This document shows, in pieces, positions 29,110 to 40,880 of a stretch of DNA of 64,000 bases. The notes beneath the pieces were generated by a model that made no database searches, had not been told where the DNA came from, and saw only the letters and a program-made list of their open reading frames with translations. The position numbers and the translations under genes were made by a program. The first letter of the stretch is position 1, and every line of letters begins with the position of its first letter. The stretch is from Octopus vulgaris (Eukaryota), in NCBI GenBank assembly GCA_951406725.2, contig OX597814.1:112344001-112408000 (forward strand), in the 5' to 3' direction.

Positions 29110-29300
29110 ATACGTGCAGATTCGTATGTTTTATTTTATGTATGTCTCCTCATACATATACTTGCATATCTACACATGCTCATATATACTTAAATGATAA
29201 ACTTCTGGAAAGTTTTACAGATTTTTACAGTTCCAATGATAGATTGGATCTGTAGTCTCTTCGAATCAGCTTTCTCCTTTCTGGTTTTTCAAGATATGTA
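29110..29300 (+). repeat. Dispersed repeat, second copy at about 57455-57650
   Basis: taaatgataaacttctggaaagttttacagatttttacagttcca shared between the two copies. Confidence 0.8.
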
Positions 29301-29499
29301 TGTATGTATGTATACATAAATACATAAATTGAGATACACACACATTTAGAGACGAACCACATTATTTACATATATTATATATTATATAATATAATATTAT
29401 ATATTATATATAATATAATATTATATATTATATAATATTATTATACTGAATTTTACCAGTAAGGTTGGAACAATATTTATTTCTTAATATTATATATAC

Positions 29500-29882
29500 T
29501 TTTACTCTTCTACTTGTTTCAGTCATTTGACTGTGGCCATACTGGAGCACCGCCTTTAGTCGAGCAAATCGACCCCATGACTTTTTAAGCCTAGTACTTA
29601 TTCTATCGGTCTCTTTTGCCGAACTGCTAATTTACGGGGACGTAAACACACCAGCATCGGTTGTCAAGCAATGTTGGGGGGGGACACAAACACAGATACA
29701 CAAACATGTACAAACACATATATATATACATATACATTTATAGGACGGGCTTCTTTCAGTTTCCGTCTACCAAATCCACTCACAAGGCTTTGGTCGACAC
29801 TTGCCCAAGGTGCCACGCAGTGGAACTGAACCCGGAACCATGTGGTTGGTAAACAAGCTACTTACCACACAGCCACTCCTAC
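29500..29882 (-). mobile_element. SINE family A
   Basis: Near full-length reverse-complement copy. Confidence 0.85.
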
Positions 29883-29885
29883 ACA

Positions 29886-29985
<100 letters not shown>

Positions 29986-30167
29986 CAAACGCACAAACAT
30001 GTAGATACACAGACACACAGACAGACAGATTTGGAACAAGCTTGAAATAGAGATGTCATGTCCTTGAGGATGTCGTGAATAGCGACGAAGGAACTTTGAC
30101 CAAACTAGCAGACTGATTGATTGATCGAAAAACTAAGCAAACAGTCGATTAGTCTTTTTTGTTTTGT

Positions 30168-30380
30168 TTTATTAGTTTCGGCTCAAGAGTTGTGACCATG
30201 CTGGGGCACTGCCGCTAGCTTTGCTACATTTTCACAAATTGAGTCCCCTCATCTGATATGTGTCATTACGTGAATGAGGGAGCTTGATGGTGCTGCCCCC
30301 ATCTGTGTTTCTTGCCGCGAGGTAGGTTCATCCGGAACTATTGAATGGAGAAGATCCAGCTCTGTTTTGAAGACACCTTA
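30168..30380 (-). mobile_element. 3' end of a CR1/L2-group LINE
   Basis: 30249-30377(-) = GVFKTELDLLHSIVPDEPTSRQETQMGAAPSSSLIHVMTHIR* (FK..LD....VPDEP...AA.S.SL pattern), then a 3' tail gtgccccagcatggtcac...gaaac. Confidence 0.65.
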
Positions 30381-30508
30381 CTCAGAATGTAAAGGTGGGC
30401 GAAAAACCGCTAAGCATTTCGCCCGGCGGACTAACGAGTCTGCCATTTCGCCGCTTAAATAATAATAACAATGATAATAATAATAACAATGATAATAATA
30501 ACAATAAT

Positions 30509-30589
<81 letters not shown>

Positions 30590-30614
30590 TATTATTATTA
30601 TTATTATTATTATT

Positions 30615-30820
30615 ATGGTTTTAGATTTTACCAAAAGGGCAGCTTGGGGATGAGTCGATTACATCAACTCCAGTGTTCAACTGGTGCTTATTTTATCGAC
30701 CCCGAAAGGATGAAAGGTAGAGTCGACCTCGGCGGAATTTGAACTCAGAACGTAGCGACGGGCGAAATACCGCTGAGCATTTCGTCCAGCGTGCTTGCGA
30801 TTCTGCCAGCTCACCGCCTT
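30615..30820 (-). mobile_element. SINE family B
   Basis: Reverse-complement copy between (AAT)n tracts. Confidence 0.8.
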
Positions 30821-30823
30821 GGA

Positions 30824-30907
<84 letters not shown>

Positions 30908-30943
30908 TATAATAATTATAATAATGATGATGATGATGATGAT

Positions 30944-31084
30944 GAAGATAGGAAGAAGAAGAAGAGGAAGAAGAAGAAGAAGGAAGAGGAGGAAAAGAAG
31001 GAGGAGGAGGAGGGGGCGGGGAGAAGAAGACGAAGAAGAAGAAGGAAGAGGAGGAAAGAAGAAGAAGGAGAAGAAGGAGGAGAA

Positions 31085-31116
<32 letters not shown>

Positions 31117-31317
31117 AGGAAGAGGAGGAAAAGAAGGAGAAGAAGAAGAAGAAGAAGAAGAAGGAGGATGAGGAGAAGAAGAAGGAGAAGGAAGAGTAGG
31201 AAAAGAAGAAGAAGGAGGAGAAGAAGGAGAAGGAGGAGGAGGAGAAGAAGAAGAAGAAGAAGAAGAAGAAGAAAAAAGAAGAAGAAGAAGAAGAAGGAGA
31301 AGAAGAAGGAGAAGAAA
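30944..31317 (+). repeat. (GAA/GGA)n polypurine tract
   Basis: About 370 nt, almost entirely purine. Confidence 0.95.
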
Positions 31318-32398
31318 TATGAAGTAAAGTGTGTATATTTATTAATGGTGTAATGTTTCTCACGAGCTACACCAAAATCTGTTTCACCATCGAGTGTGCA
31401 GATCAAGAATCTCACAAATCGAATACAAAACCCAAAATAATACTTTGTATGGTTAATTTGTTATGGCGATCGATAAACGGCGTGGTACATTCTGGAATGA
31501 ATCGGATCCATTTAAACTCTTTAGTCGAAGTAAATTAGCGACCTGGGTTAATGTGAGTGTGATATGAGGCGATGGGAAATGATGTAAACGAATCGAAAAG
31601 AAAATGTCTACCGTAACGGATCGCTTACAGGGACAAACGAACAAAAAATTAAGCCAGCGTGTGTTTCAGTAAGAGAAATAGACTTGGTGGCGTGTCAGGC
31701 GTGTGGCTGGTACTTCTTGCGAGTAAGAAAGAACAACAGCTGGGCAGAATCAAACATGGTGGCTGCTTTCACAGCTTTCATCTTTGACTGTACGTGCGTG
31801 TGTATGTGGAGAGGAGAGGAGAGGTCGGGGTTGGAACGGGTCCCATGGTCTCTGCATGTTGTTTGCTAAATTGTTGAGAGCATTTTTATTTCTTTTGTTT
31901 TGTTTTGTAATTGTTGATGTAATTCTTCACCAAGTAACACTTATTATGATCCGTTTTTCCAGCTTGTTCGCAAGCAACAGCTGTGACAAATACTGATATG
32001 CAACATCTGTAAGTAGATCCGAGACACATAGATAGTGGATATGACAGCCAAGGTTTCGATCCCATGTTAGCATCAGGGTGTGTGTCTTTCAAACGGCCTT
32101 TAAAATTCCAATGCCGGATTACGTTTACCAAATTACACGACCTCCTCCCCGCTACCTACCCATAATGTTGCAGTCGTTGGATGATGATGGGTCGTACATG
32201 ACTCGTACAGTAATGGACTTAACAAGTCCGACATTTTAACACGACCACGACCCACATTATTATGCGTGCAACACAAACAATACACACACAATCACGCGCG
32301 CACACACACACACATACGCACACACACACACACGTATGTATGTATGTATGTATGTATGCATATATACATATTTAACATTATATGAATACATAGATATT

Positions 32399-32818
32399 AC
32401 GCAGGAGTGGCTGTGTGGTAAGTAGCTTGTTAACCAACCACAAGGTTGCGGGTTCATTCCCATTGCATGGCACTTTGAGCAAGTGTCTTCTATGACAGCC
32501 TCAGACCGACCAAAGCCTTGTGAGTGGATTTGGTAGACGGAAACTGAATGAAGCCCGTCGTATATATGTATATATATGTATGTAAGTGCGTGTATATGTT
32601 TGTGTGTCTGTGTTCGTCCCTCCAACATCGCTTGACAACCAATGCTGGTGTATTTACGTCCCCGTAACTTAGCGGTTCGGCAAAAGAGACCGATAGAGTA
32701 AGTACTAGGCTTCCAAATAATAAGTCCTTGGGTCGATCTACTCGACTAAAGGTGGTGCTCCAGCATGGCCGCAGTCAAATGACTGAAACAAGTAAAAGAG
32801 TAAAAGAGAGTAAAGAGA
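32399..32818 (+). mobile_element. SINE family A, full length
   Basis: Head, CORE-like segment, (TA/TG) spacer, tail ending (gtaaaaga)n. Confidence 0.85.
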
Positions 32819-32921
32819 TATCATTGGTAGCAGCAGATGTACATCATTGGTGGTAAGTTATGTTAAACTGTCGTATGTCCAAATTTGGCCAAGTACGTTC
32901 TTTCAATTCATTTATTCTTTA

Positions 32922-33287
32922 ATACTTTTATTTGTTTCAGTCATTTGACTACGGCCATGCTGGGGCACCGCCTTTAGCCCAACAAATCGACCCCAGGACT
33001 TATTCTTTGTAAGGCTAATACTTATTCTGTCGGTGACTTTTGCCGAACCGCTGAGTTAAGGGGACTTAAACACACCAACATCGGTTGTCAAGCGATGTTG
33101 CGGGGACAAACACATACACACGACAAACATATTCTTCATTCAGTTTCCGTCTACCAAATCCACTCATAAGGCTTTGGTCGGCCCGAGGCTATAGTAGAAG
33201 ACACTTGCCCAAGATGCCACGCAGTGAGACTGAACCCGGAGCTATGTGGCTGGTAAGCAAGATACTTACCACGCAGCCACTCCTCGC
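32922..33287 (-). mobile_element. SINE family A
   Basis: Reverse-complement copy, tail-to-tail with 32399-32818. Confidence 0.85.
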
Positions 33288-33514
33288 TTGTAATAGACGG
33301 TTCTTTTGGTCAAACTGTCATAACTCCAGCTGCTTCAGATGCCGAGATATCAAAAAGTTTCGAAGTACAACGGTTTTGCTACGGAATGGTGAAATTATTT
33401 TTTCATTTTCTGAAAAAGCAACGTTTTGGACTTTTGCATAACAGCAACAATATGTATATACGTACATACACACATATACATGTTCATGTGTATATATGCA
33501 TATATGTATAATAT

Positions 33515-33842
33515 TCTTTTATTCTTTTACTTGTTTCAGTCATTTGACTGCCGCTATGCTGGAGCACCGCCTTTATTGAAACAAATCGACCCCAGGACTT
33601 AGTCTTTGTAAGCCTACTGCTTCTTCTATCGATGTCTTAGCCGAAACGCTAATGACGGGGACGTAAACACATACACACGAACATATACATACATACAGTT
33701 TCCGTCTACCAAATCCACTCACAAGGCTTTGGTCAGCCCGAGGCTATAGTAGAAGACTCTTGCTCAAGGTGCCACGCAGTGGGACTGAGCCTGGAACCAT
33801 GAGGTTCGTAAGCAAGCTACTTTCCACACAGCCACTCCTGCG

Positions 33843-33843
<1 letters not shown>
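33515..33843 (-). mobile_element. SINE family A
   Basis: Reverse-complement copy with small deletion. Confidence 0.8.
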
Positions 33844-33899
<56 letters not shown>

Positions 33900-33959
33900 C
33901 ATACATAAATGTATGTATGTATGTATGTATGAATGTATGCATGTATATATATATGTATG

Positions 33960-34008
<49 letters not shown>

Positions 34009-34275
34009 ATTTATGTATGTATGTATGTATGTATGTATGCATAAATACAGATAACAGATAAGAGAGGGGATGAAGAAATAGAAAAACAGAGACGGTGGAT
34101 AGGAAGAGAGAGGGGGTAGATAGAGAGACATAGGGACTCAGTGGGAGAGAGAAGGTGAAGAAATATTTCGATGTTTCGCGCTTAAACGAAGAATTTTAGG
34201 TATTTCTAATGAAATCTCGACTTCTGCTACAGTTGAGAATGACATTTGTCGAATAGACTGATACAGGTGTTGGCG

Positions 34276-34632
34276 ATGGTGTAGTTGTAGTGACGGCGGC
34301 GGCGGCGGTGAGGGTGGCGGTAGCGGTAATGGTGGCGGTAGCGGTAATGGTGGCGGTAGTGGTGGCGGTAGCAGTAGTGATTGCAGTGGTGGTGGTGTGG
34401 TTGGTGGTGGTGTGGGTGGTGGTGGTGGTAGTGGTGGTGGTGGTGGTGGTGGTGGTGGTGGTGGTAGTGGTGGTGGTGGTGGTAGTGGTGGTGGTGGTGG
34501 TAGTGGTGTTGATGATTGTGATGATCGTGGTCGTGATCCTTGTAGTGGTTGTTCTGCTGGTGCTGGTGTTAGAAAAGGTGGTGGTGGCGGAGGTAGTGGT
34601 GGTTGTGGTGATGTCGATGGAAGTGGTGTGGC
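34276..34632 (+). repeat. (GGT/GGC)n G-rich tract
   Basis: Interrupted trinucleotide repeat. Confidence 0.9.
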
Positions 34633-34660
34633 TGTGTGGCACCTTGGGCAACATAAATAC

Positions 34661-34698
<38 letters not shown>

Positions 34699-34699
34699 G

Positions 34700-35075
34700 T
34701 ATGGTTCTGGGTTTTGGTCCCACTACGTGGCACCTTGGGCAAATGTCTTCTACGCTAACCTCGGGCTGACCAAAACCTTGTCAATGGATTTCTTAGACGG
34801 AAACTAGAAGCTTGGCGTGTATATATATATGTATATATTTGTGTGTGTGTGTGTCTGTGTTTGTCCCCCTTCCCCCACTATCGCTTGACAACTGATGCAG
34901 GTGTATTTATGCCCCCCCCCCCGCAACCTAGCGGTTTGGTTGAAGAGACCAACAGAACAAGAATTAGGCTTACAAAGAATAAGTCCTGGCGTCGAATTCT
35001 TCGACTAACAACACCCTTAAGGCGGTGCTCCAGCATGGCCGCAGTCAAATGACTGAAACAAGTAAAAGAATAAAT
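34700..35075 (+). mobile_element. SINE family A, diverged
   Basis: gcaccttgggcaa core-like segment and standard tail. Confidence 0.75.
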
Positions 35076-35206
35076 GAATATATATATATAAATAATAATG
35101 AAGGGTAAAATTAATTAATTAATAATTAAAAATGTTACCAAGAAGTTCGGTATGTTAAAATAACCTTTATCGGTAACCTTATACAAAAATTTTATAATTA
35201 TAATTA

Positions 35207-35271
<65 letters not shown>

Positions 35272-35286
35272 GTATATATATGTATG

Positions 35287-35335
<49 letters not shown>

Positions 35336-35499
35336 TATATATATAAATATATATAGATATATGTATATATATATATGATTATATATATATGTATATATAG
35401 TTACTCAAAACATGAACAAAGAAAAAACAGAACAACACGAGGACGTGGAACATTTATAGTGTTATTGGACGCTCAGGAAAGGAAAGAAAGATGGAGGAC

Positions 35500-35530
35500 T
35501 TAACGTTTCGAGCGGAGCTCTTCGTCAGAA
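35500..35530 (-). ncRNA. Minimal Penelope-type hammerhead
   Basis: Reverse complement: tt-CTGACGA-a-gagc tcc gctc-GAAA-cg-TT-aa; canonical core, palindromic aacgtt, very short stem I. Confidence 0.5.
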
Positions 35531-35598
35531 ACATAGGAAAAGGAAAAATCCAAGGAAGGGAAGACGGAGAAAGAAAATCGCCAACGATACACACATGG

Positions 35599-35642
<44 letters not shown>

Positions 35643-35939
35643 CACGGAGTAGATAAAGCTTGGGGTAACTGATGAAGGGAATGTTCTTTATGTTGCATGT
35701 CTCATTTCTCTGTTTGTTTTTTGCGTTGTTCCAAAGAAGTTCGTTTTCTATGATTTTGTGTTTTATGTTCTCGTTTCTCATTCTGTTCAGGTTTTTTTTT
35801 TTTGATGTCCTGTACCCATATATGCATGTATGTATACATATATATGAAGGAATGTACATATATGTATGTATATCTGCATATATTTATATATCATTTATAT
35901 TATTATATGATCGAACGCCACGCATCCTTTTCCAAGTAA

Positions 35940-36000
<61 letters not shown>

Positions 36001-36279
36001 GGAAAATAAAGATAAGCCTGAGTTTCTTTTATGTTAAAGTTCCTACGTTCGTTTCACTATCATTGTTGTTTGGAACCCTGCGATGGGAGTTCGAAGTGCA
36101 TCTAAGCACTCAACACAACAAATTTTCAGAAAACGCTTTATAAAATAAGGTTGCAAACGACTGTGTCTGATAATTGTATGCAGAATGCAGACTTCATTCC
36201 GAATATCTACGTGGAGCTCTGAGTGAAACAGTACCAGTTCGTATATCTATTTGTACAAATAATTTAAAGTATAAATATC

Positions 36280-36960
36280 GGTGCAGGAATGCGCTTACGA
36301 ACCACATGGTTCCGAGTTCAGTCCCATTGCGTGTCAACTTGGCGTGTCAACTTGGACAAGTATCATCTACTGTAGCCTTAGGCCGAACAAAGCCTCGTGA
36401 ATGGATTTGGTAGACGGAAACTGAAAGAAGCCCGTCGTATGTGTATATCTAGGTATCTATGTGTATGTGTGTGTGTGCGTGTCTTTGAGTCTGTGTTTGT
36501 TAACATACCTGAGCTTACAGCCGGTGGTAATGTTGTTACATGCCCATAACTTAGTGGTTCAGCAAAAATACACCGATAAAATAGGTACCAGGCTTGAAAA
36601 GAAAAAAAGTACTGGGTGTCGATAGACGGAAACTTAAAGAAGCCCGTCGTATATATGTATATATATATATATGTATGTGTGTGTATATGTTTGTGTGTCT
36701 TTGTTTACCCCCTCAACATCTCTTGACAACCGATGCTGGTGTGTTTACGTCCCCCGTAACTTAGAGGTTCGGCATAAGAGACGGATAGAATAAGTGCTAG
36801 GCTTACAACGACTAAGTCATTTACTGGAGTAAGTTGATTTGCTCGACTAAAGGCGGTGCTCCAGCATGGCCACAGTCAAAAGACTGAAACAAGTAAAAGA
36901 GTAAAACAGTAAAGGTGATGCCCCAGCATGGCCCCAGTCTAATGACTGAAAGTAAAGCAT
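36280..36960 (+). mobile_element. SINE family A, older copy interrupted by a younger 5'-truncated copy
   Basis: tagacggaaact...gaagcccgtcgtat occurs twice; two tails (36860-36910, 36915-36955). Confidence 0.7.
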
Positions 36961-37390
36961 AACAGATGTGTATCTGCGCACGCGTGCGCGTTTGTGTGTG
37001 TGCGCGCGCGTGTGTGTGTGTGTGTAAATGTTTCTTTATGTTAAATATGGTTTATGAAATAAGGAAATGGCTACTTTTCTATAGAATGGGGGAAATGGAA
37101 GGGAGGCCACGCAACTGGGATCGAGAGTAAATTCCCAATAACTAGATCGAACGAAATATTGATAAATCGATCGTATGGATATAAGAACAGTTCGGATATG
37201 GATATGGATACTCTGTTAATAGTGCTGGTAGAAAGGGATGGAACCGAGACGGTGGAGGAAGGAAGAAAACAGGAATGAAGGAAAGAGAAATAAAGAAAGA
37301 AACTGAGATAGGAAGGAAGGAGAAGAAAGAGAGAAAGCAACAAGGAATTTATAAATCGCAATCAATGGAAAATGGAGAGTTTAGAGAAAG

Positions 37391-37435
<45 letters not shown>

Positions 37436-37794
37436 TGTGTGTGTGTCTCTGTGTGTGTGTGTGTTGAGAGGGAAGAAAGGACGAAAGAGAAAAGGATAGG
37501 TGTGTGAGATGCAGTTATTCAAAATGAATTATGGAAACGGAGATCGTACGAGTACAGTTATCGTGTTTGGTGATGGCGGCGGCGGCGGTGGCGATGGTGG
37601 TAGTGGTGGTAGTGGTAGATTTCCGATGCCCATTAGCATTCGCCTCGTCCTATAACCTTTCTTCCTTTCTTCATCCTTCTTTGTCTTTCTTTCTTTCTTT
37701 CCTTCTTTCTTTCTTTCTTTCTCTCTTCCCTTCTTCCTTGCTTTCTCATCAACAAGCGTAAAAGCACCACGTGACTTGACCTTGTATCTATCTT

Positions 37795-37871
<77 letters not shown>

Positions 37872-38081
37872 GTGTGTGTGTGTGTATGTGTGTGCGTTAT
37901 AGTATCTAATTTAAGTGGGAAAATTATCCGAAAAGCCGTTTCTGCTCACTTTTGTTCCTTTTATGATGTATTTATAATAAGAGATAAACACTCACAGATG
38001 CATATACGCATATAGGCATATAAATATAAATAAATATATATATGGATATATATATATATATATATATACATATATATATAG

Positions 38082-38254
<173 letters not shown>

Positions 38255-38386
38255 TATAAGAGGTAATGGTGTCATTGAGACCCAAAGGTCCCAGGTAATG
38301 CTGAATAAGTGCTATGGGTAGACCATAGTTAAGTTCCAGGTTCGGTGATTGTATGGGGTCCAACGTTGGTCATATGTCAGCGTGTG

Positions 38387-38555
38387 TATAAAAAAACTTC
38401 TTTTTGTAATGCGATAAAAAAAAACCAAGGCTGAGTATATTTTAGAACATTTATAGCGTTTGGTGATGGTGCTTAGAACATCTATAAATGTTCTAAAATA
38501 TACTCAGCCTTGGTTTTGTTTTTTTTATCTCATTGCGAAAAAAAGTTTTTATATA
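38387..38555. repeat. Inverted repeat with perfect 36-bp core arms
   Basis: 38421-38456 / 38482-38517 perfect, with imperfect outward extension. Confidence 0.9.
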
Positions 38556-38702
38556 TAGTTATTACTGAGATGTACTTGCATAGCGAGTGACTTGATCTGA
38601 GATCGTGTGCTGGAACGAAAACAATTGCAGCGTGGAAGGTGTTTATAAGCCATTTAAGAAACACACAAAGACCGTTAGATTCACTTCAACATATAAATTT
38701 AA

Positions 38703-38753
38703 TTTGTCAAAATATTTTCGTCGCTTTGAGACCGCGACCTGTTCACTGACAAA
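38703..38753 (-). ncRNA. Type I hammerhead, G3-C8 core variant
   Basis: Reverse complement: tttgtca-GTGAACA-g-gtcgc ggtctcaaa gcgac-GAAA-atat-TT-tgacaaa; 7-bp stem I, 5-bp stem II, palindromic stem III. Confidence 0.65.
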
Positions 38754-38781
38754 GCTTATATATATATATATATATAGAAGG

Positions 38782-38832
38782 AGCTTCTACAGGACTAGAA
38801 CTGTTTCATTCAAGAGAAATCTTCAGGAAGCT
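38782..38832 (-). ncRNA. Type I hammerhead (inverted copy of 39027-39077)
   Basis: Reverse complement: agcttc-CTGAAGA-tttc tctt gaat-GAAA-cag ttctagtc ctg-TA-gaagct. Confidence 0.65.
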
Positions 38833-39026
38833 AGTTAACAAGAATTGTATTGGCATTTATTCTTTTTTTATTCTTTTATTTATTCTTCTATCTAATTTAC
38901 CACTGACTCCTTGACCACTCCCCCAAGTATGATTTTTTTGCGCTATGCCTACCCCCAAAAAGTCCCCCACCACCACCCCTATAAACCTGCCTAAATGTAT
39001 AAATGCCAATACAATTCTTGTTAACT

Positions 39027-39077
39027 AGCTTCCTGAAGATTTCTCTTGAATGAAACAGTTCTAGTTCTGTAGAAGCT
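39027..39077 (+). ncRNA. Type I hammerhead
   Basis: agcttc-CTGAAGA-tttc tctt gaat-GAAA-cag ttctagtt ctg-TA-gaagct; 6-bp stem I, full stem III, U-U at base of stem II; predicted cut after A39071. Confidence 0.65.
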
Positions 39078-39160
39078 CCTTCTATATAATAAATTAATTT
39101 TACTCTGCTATGTATTGAGTACCTTATTTACTGTGGTTAACCCCGAATCAACCCGGGACC

Positions 39161-39242
<82 letters not shown>

Positions 39243-39479
39243 TACGTATATATTCGTACATATACTTATATACATACACACGGGAGTCAATCAGTGCTTA
39301 TTCATAATCCATTTACAATTTTGTCCTTAATGGCAGGAAAATGAATTGCACGCACATCTCTAAACATGGCCTCCGTCGAGTTACTTGCGAACCATGTTTG
39401 AACATAAAATATCAAGTCATTATTAGAAAATTACTATTTTTAAATCTCACAACGAGAGATATTAAGTAACATTACTTTA

Positions 39480-39718
39480 GAGTAAAGATTATTTGCCAAC
39501 ATAACATGGCAGTCCTGGTTTAGGATGAATGTTGCTGTAATTTAACCCCAGGAGACATCGTCTCCAGCTGACTATATGACACACGATCTGTGTCCTTATA
39601 CTTTCGATACAGATCATGTCGTATAGCCAGCTAGAGACGATGTCTCCCGGGGCTAAATTACATCAACATTCGTCCTAAACCAGGAATGCCATGTTATGTT
39701 GGCAAACAATCTTTACTC
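39480..39718. repeat. About 113-bp-arm imperfect palindrome
   Basis: gagtaaagattatttgccaacataacatggc... / ...gccatgttatgttggcaaacaatctttactc with an about 11-nt loop. Confidence 0.9.
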
Positions 39719-40219
39719 CATTAAGTCATTACGTTAACCCTGGCTGTCCAGCCTCCCATTGTTCCAAAGAAGACTTGCCTTATTTAAGAGGCCTCCGTCA
39801 CTAAACTATGACAATGCACCTACACTTCTATAACTTGTGTATGCAGAACTGAACAAGGTTTATTTGTGAAAGACTGACGATTGTTAATGCATAAAAATCT
39901 CTCTTTCTCCACGTCTCTGATGTTTATCCAAGGAAAAAGCAGAGGACTTGGGCCGATATAACACGGTATCAGCGTCGTTTGGCGCAGGCGGACCTTCGTG
40001 GTTTCATTCGCGCCGACCGATTATTTCTTTTGCTTTCGTCTTTGATATTTTACTTTCGTTTCAGTCATTTGACTGCTGCCATGCTGGAGCACTGGCTTGA
40101 AGGGTTTTAGATGAATGAATGAATCGATCCCAGGACATTTTAAGCCTAGTACTTATTCTATTGGAGTCTATTGCCGAACCATTAAGTTACAGGCACGTAA
40201 ACACATATATATATATACA

Positions 40220-40288
<69 letters not shown>

Positions 40289-40370
40289 TTATTTATTAGA
40301 AATGGAAACAAAATAATTAAATAAATTAATGATAAATTCAATCAATTTTATCATTTAACACCTATAACTG

Positions 40371-40410
<40 letters not shown>

Positions 40411-40416
<6 letters not shown>

Positions 40417-40880
40417 TATTAAAATTACTAAGTCTCTCTAAAGGAGATTACGGCAGCGTTACTGGATATTAATAGTTATCGCCGTACTAATATGGTAGTC
40501 TATAAATATAAGACTAAAGCTGTCGCTGATTAGCTCCAAGAGGCCATCGCCTCTAGCTAGCTATTTGACACACGAACCTGCGTCCATTACAAACCTTCGA
40601 ACAGAGGTCAGCCGCTTCACCATGCTAGTCAGACATCTGCAGACATGTTTCAGGGTTGTTGCCCTTTATCAATGCAGCATAGTCAGACCCGCAGGTGTCG
40701 CTACTAACCGTCTGTTCGAAGATTTTATTTACCTAGTTACAGTGGAATACATCCACTTGTTTTCAATAATAGAAATATTAAAATTACTAAGTCTCTCTAA
40801 AGGAGATTACGGTAGCGTTACTGGATATTAATAGTTATCGCCATACTAATATGGTAGTCTATAAATATAAGACTAAAGCT
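40411..40880 (-). mobile_element. Terminally redundant (about 1.3-mer) 359-nt retrozyme-like insert
   Basis: 111-nt direct repeats 40411-40521 and 40770-40880 (2 mismatches) enclose an HHR; lies between the tail (40050-40205) and head (40890-41053) of a CORE-type SINE. Confidence 0.72.
40637..40677 (-). ncRNA. Type I hammerhead, U3-A8 core variant
   Basis: Reverse complement: ctgca-TTGATAA-aggg caacaa ccct-GAAA-cat-GTC-tgcag; palindromic stem III acatgt. Confidence 0.72.

Larger units (their letters stand above)
38771..39165. mobile_element. Penelope-like terminal fragment with inverted duplication of the HHR-bearing end
   Basis: 90-bp arms 38771-38860 and 38999-39088 (1 mismatch), 138-bp spacer, flanked by (TA)n; second family member at about 48603-48751. 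Confidence 0.6.

Noticed and set aside
34138-34807. Pro-, Gly- or Thr-rich protein
   Set aside because: GGT repeat merging into SINE sequence.
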